From the IMG/VR virus record IMGVR_UViG_3300034374_009302, positions 1-55,794 of that record: a stretch of 55,794 nt of DNA; one strand, written 5' to 3'. Each line of letters starts with the position of its first letter. Position 1 is the stretch's first letter. The stretch is from a virus. Lineage: Duplodnaviria > Caudoviricetes. The position numbers were made by a program, and so were the translations under genes. The notes below the pieces were generated by a model, which was not told where the DNA came from, did not search any database, and saw only the letters and a program-made list of their open reading frames with translations. Positions 54,685 to 55,794 of this stretch are shown in pieces.

Positions 54685-54920
54685 GATTGTTAGGTTTTCT
54701 TGGTATTTTGCTTATGTTTGTAATTCAATGTAGTATTGATGAGAACTTTACCGTGAATGAAAAAACTGTTGACTTATCTGAGTTGGATAGTGTTGATTGT
54801 GTGGTATGGTGGGAAGTTCAGAACGACACCTTAAAGATTTGGACTGAGGAAGATGAAAGAAAAAGTGACATTGACCGTTTGAATTACATTCGTTCATTAG
54901 ACACAACAGGATGGGAATAA
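54681..54920 (+). CDS. Small putative lipoprotein
   Basis: MRLLGFLGILLMFVIQC signal with a Cys. Confidence 0.6.
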   Translation: MRLLGFLGILLMFVIQCSIDENFTVNEKTVDLSELDSVDCVVWWEVQNDTLKIWTEEDERKSDIDRLNYIRSLDTTGWE

Positions 54921-54921
54921 G

Positions 54922-55041
54922 ATGAAAGATAAAGTATTAAGATTTAACAACGACTGGAAAGGTCGTAGACTATACGAAGAGAATAAAAAGAAAGAGTCTG
55001 TTAATAAGACTAAAACCTTTAACACCAAAGAGAATGGGTAA
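54922..55041 (+). CDS. Cassette ORF 1 (39 aa) ending TFNTKENG
   Basis: Read by hand: MKDKVLRFNNDWKGRRLYEENKKKESVNKTKTFNTKENG*. Confidence 0.55.
   Translation: MKDKVLRFNNDWKGRRLYEENKKKESVNKTKTFNTKENG
55015..55033 (+). repeat. 19-bp gene-junction repeat, copy 1
   Basis: ACCTTTAACACCAAAGAGA followed directly by ATG. Confidence 0.95.
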
Positions 55042-55183
55042 ATACTTAAAGCAAGGATTTGTAAGAGCGTTAGAGTGGCAACTTAATAGAGAAGAAATCT
55101 CCTACTCAAAATGGGTTGACCTAATGGAGGAGGAGTGTATTAAGAACTACAAAGAAGAAACCTTTAACACCAAAGAGAGATGA
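55034..55183 (+). CDS. Cassette ORF 2 (49 aa) ending TFNTKER
   Basis: Read by hand: MGKYLKQGFVRALEWQLNREEISYSKWVDLMEEECIKNYKEETFNTKER*. Confidence 0.65.
   Translation: MGKYLKQGFVRALEWQLNREEISYSKWVDLMEEECIKNYKEETFNTKER
55160..55178 (+). repeat. 19-bp gene-junction repeat, copy 2
   Basis: ACCTTTAACACCAAAGAGA followed by GATGA. Confidence 0.95.
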
Positions 55184-55374
55184 GTGATTGGACTTATGAG
55201 ATAATTGAAATGAGTAATAGTGACAGCGAGTGGTTTGTTAAAGCAAAAGATGGAGTGCCGTCTATATTGAAAATTAAGTTTCAGAAGGAGTGTGAATTAG
55301 ATAGAATCATCACCTACACTTTTAATGATGAACAAATTCTAAATACAACAACCTTTAACACCAAAGAGAAATGA
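55180..55374 (+). CDS. Cassette ORF 3 (64 aa) ending TFNTKEK
   Basis: In the ORF track; bounded by repeat copies 2 and 3. Confidence 0.7.
   Translation: MSDWTYEIIEMSNSDSEWFVKAKDGVPSILKIKFQKECELDRIITYTFNDEQILNTTTFNTKEK
55351..55369 (+). repeat. 19-bp gene-junction repeat, copy 3
   Basis: ACCTTTAACACCAAAGAGA followed by AATGA. Confidence 0.95.
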
Positions 55375-55655
55375 GTGAAGTAAATCCAAATTACAATCCA
55401 CAAGCAGATTTTGACAACTTTGGTGAAGAGATGGAACACATCGTTAAGACAACACCTAAAGAGGTGCTAAAAAAGGAGTGGGATAAAGTATTAGCAGAAT
55501 ATGGTACTGATACACACGACAAGATTCTATCTATGACTGGTGACTTTGTTCAGTCTAATCGTAGTGAAGGACAAACCTATGCTCATTATCACTATGATAT
55601 GATGGCAGACTTTGCTCTACATATATTAGAAACCTTTAACACCAAAGAGAGATGA
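55371..55655 (+). CDS. Cassette ORF 4 (94 aa) ending TFNTKER
   Basis: In the ORF track; bounded by repeat copies 3 and 4. Confidence 0.72.
   Translation: MSEVNPNYNPQADFDNFGEEMEHIVKTTPKEVLKKEWDKVLAEYGTDTHDKILSMTGDFVQSNRSEGQTYAHYHYDMMADFALHILETFNTKER
55632..55650 (+). repeat. 19-bp gene-junction repeat, copy 4
   Basis: ACCTTTAACACCAAAGAGA followed by GATGA. Confidence 0.95.
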
Positions 55656-55720
55656 AAGAAAAAGACACTGAGAAGCCCCTAGTGGTAATAGTTTACACCT
55701 TTAACACTAAAGAGAGATGA
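55652..55720 (+). CDS. Cassette ORF 5 (22 aa) ending TFNTKER
   Basis: Read by hand: MKEKDTEKPLVVIVYTFNTKER*. Confidence 0.55.
   Translation: MKEKDTEKPLVVIVYTFNTKER
55697..55715 (+). repeat. 19-bp gene-junction repeat, copy 5 (one synonymous change)
   Basis: ACCTTTAACACTAAAGAGA followed by GATGA. Confidence 0.93.
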
Positions 55721-55794
55721 AAACACCAATCTATATAACACGAACTTGGTTTAGAATATTTGGATACGGATTAAGTTGGACTAAACAACCAAGA
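55717..55794 (+). CDS. Cassette ORF 6 (partial; runs off the window)
   Basis: MKTPIYITRTWFRIFGYGLSWTKQPR..., open to the end of the window. Confidence 0.55.
   Translation, partial: MKTPIYITRTWFRIFGYGLSWTKQPR

Noticed and set aside
55015-55715. The 19-bp repeats as a CRISPR array
   Set aside because: Spacings of 65-281 nt are far too variable, the intervening DNA consists of in-frame ORFs, and no cas genes are present.
1-55794. Bacterial chromosome or prophage origin, suggested by clpC, ssrA, ahpC, rmlC and rpsU
   Set aside because: These genes are interleaved with T4-like head genes and phage-type hypotheticals under a uniform promoter grammar. There are no housekeeping operons, integrase or attachment site in the window.

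Overview
AT-rich segment of a large, T4-like-head dsDNA bacteriophage, most likely infecting a Bacteroidota (Flavobacteriia-like) host. The host inference rests on 14 TAnnTTTG promoter motifs, a Bacteroidota-type bS21, a T9SS C-terminal sorting domain, a Bacteroidota peroxiredoxin-thioredoxin-DUF6952-like block and a general lack of Shine-Dalgarno sequences. The left end is the head/packaging module on the minus strand (scaffold-like protein, gp21-type prohead protease, portal, large terminase), with bS21 inserted in the opposite orientation. The rest interleaves two gene classes. One class is preceded by a TATTTAT motif (putative late promoter) and often has T4-internal-protein-like N-termini. 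The other is preceded by host-sigma promoters or lies in the plus-strand host-like blocks: ClpC-type ATPase, peptidase, tmRNA, redox genes, RmlC, secreted nuclease, PPIase and two carbamoyltransferases. The most unusual items are (i) a terminal array of tiny genes, each ending in the same 19-bp repeat that encodes TFNTKE and abuts the next start codon; (ii) a 1018-aa DUF4314 / nuclease-like / polyphosphate kinase 2 / DUF5049 fusion whose linkers look like prohead-protease sites; and (iii) a tmRNA with a long non-canonical tag near an N-domain-less ClpC and a candidate adaptor. All family assignments come from motif recognition by eye; no database search was run.
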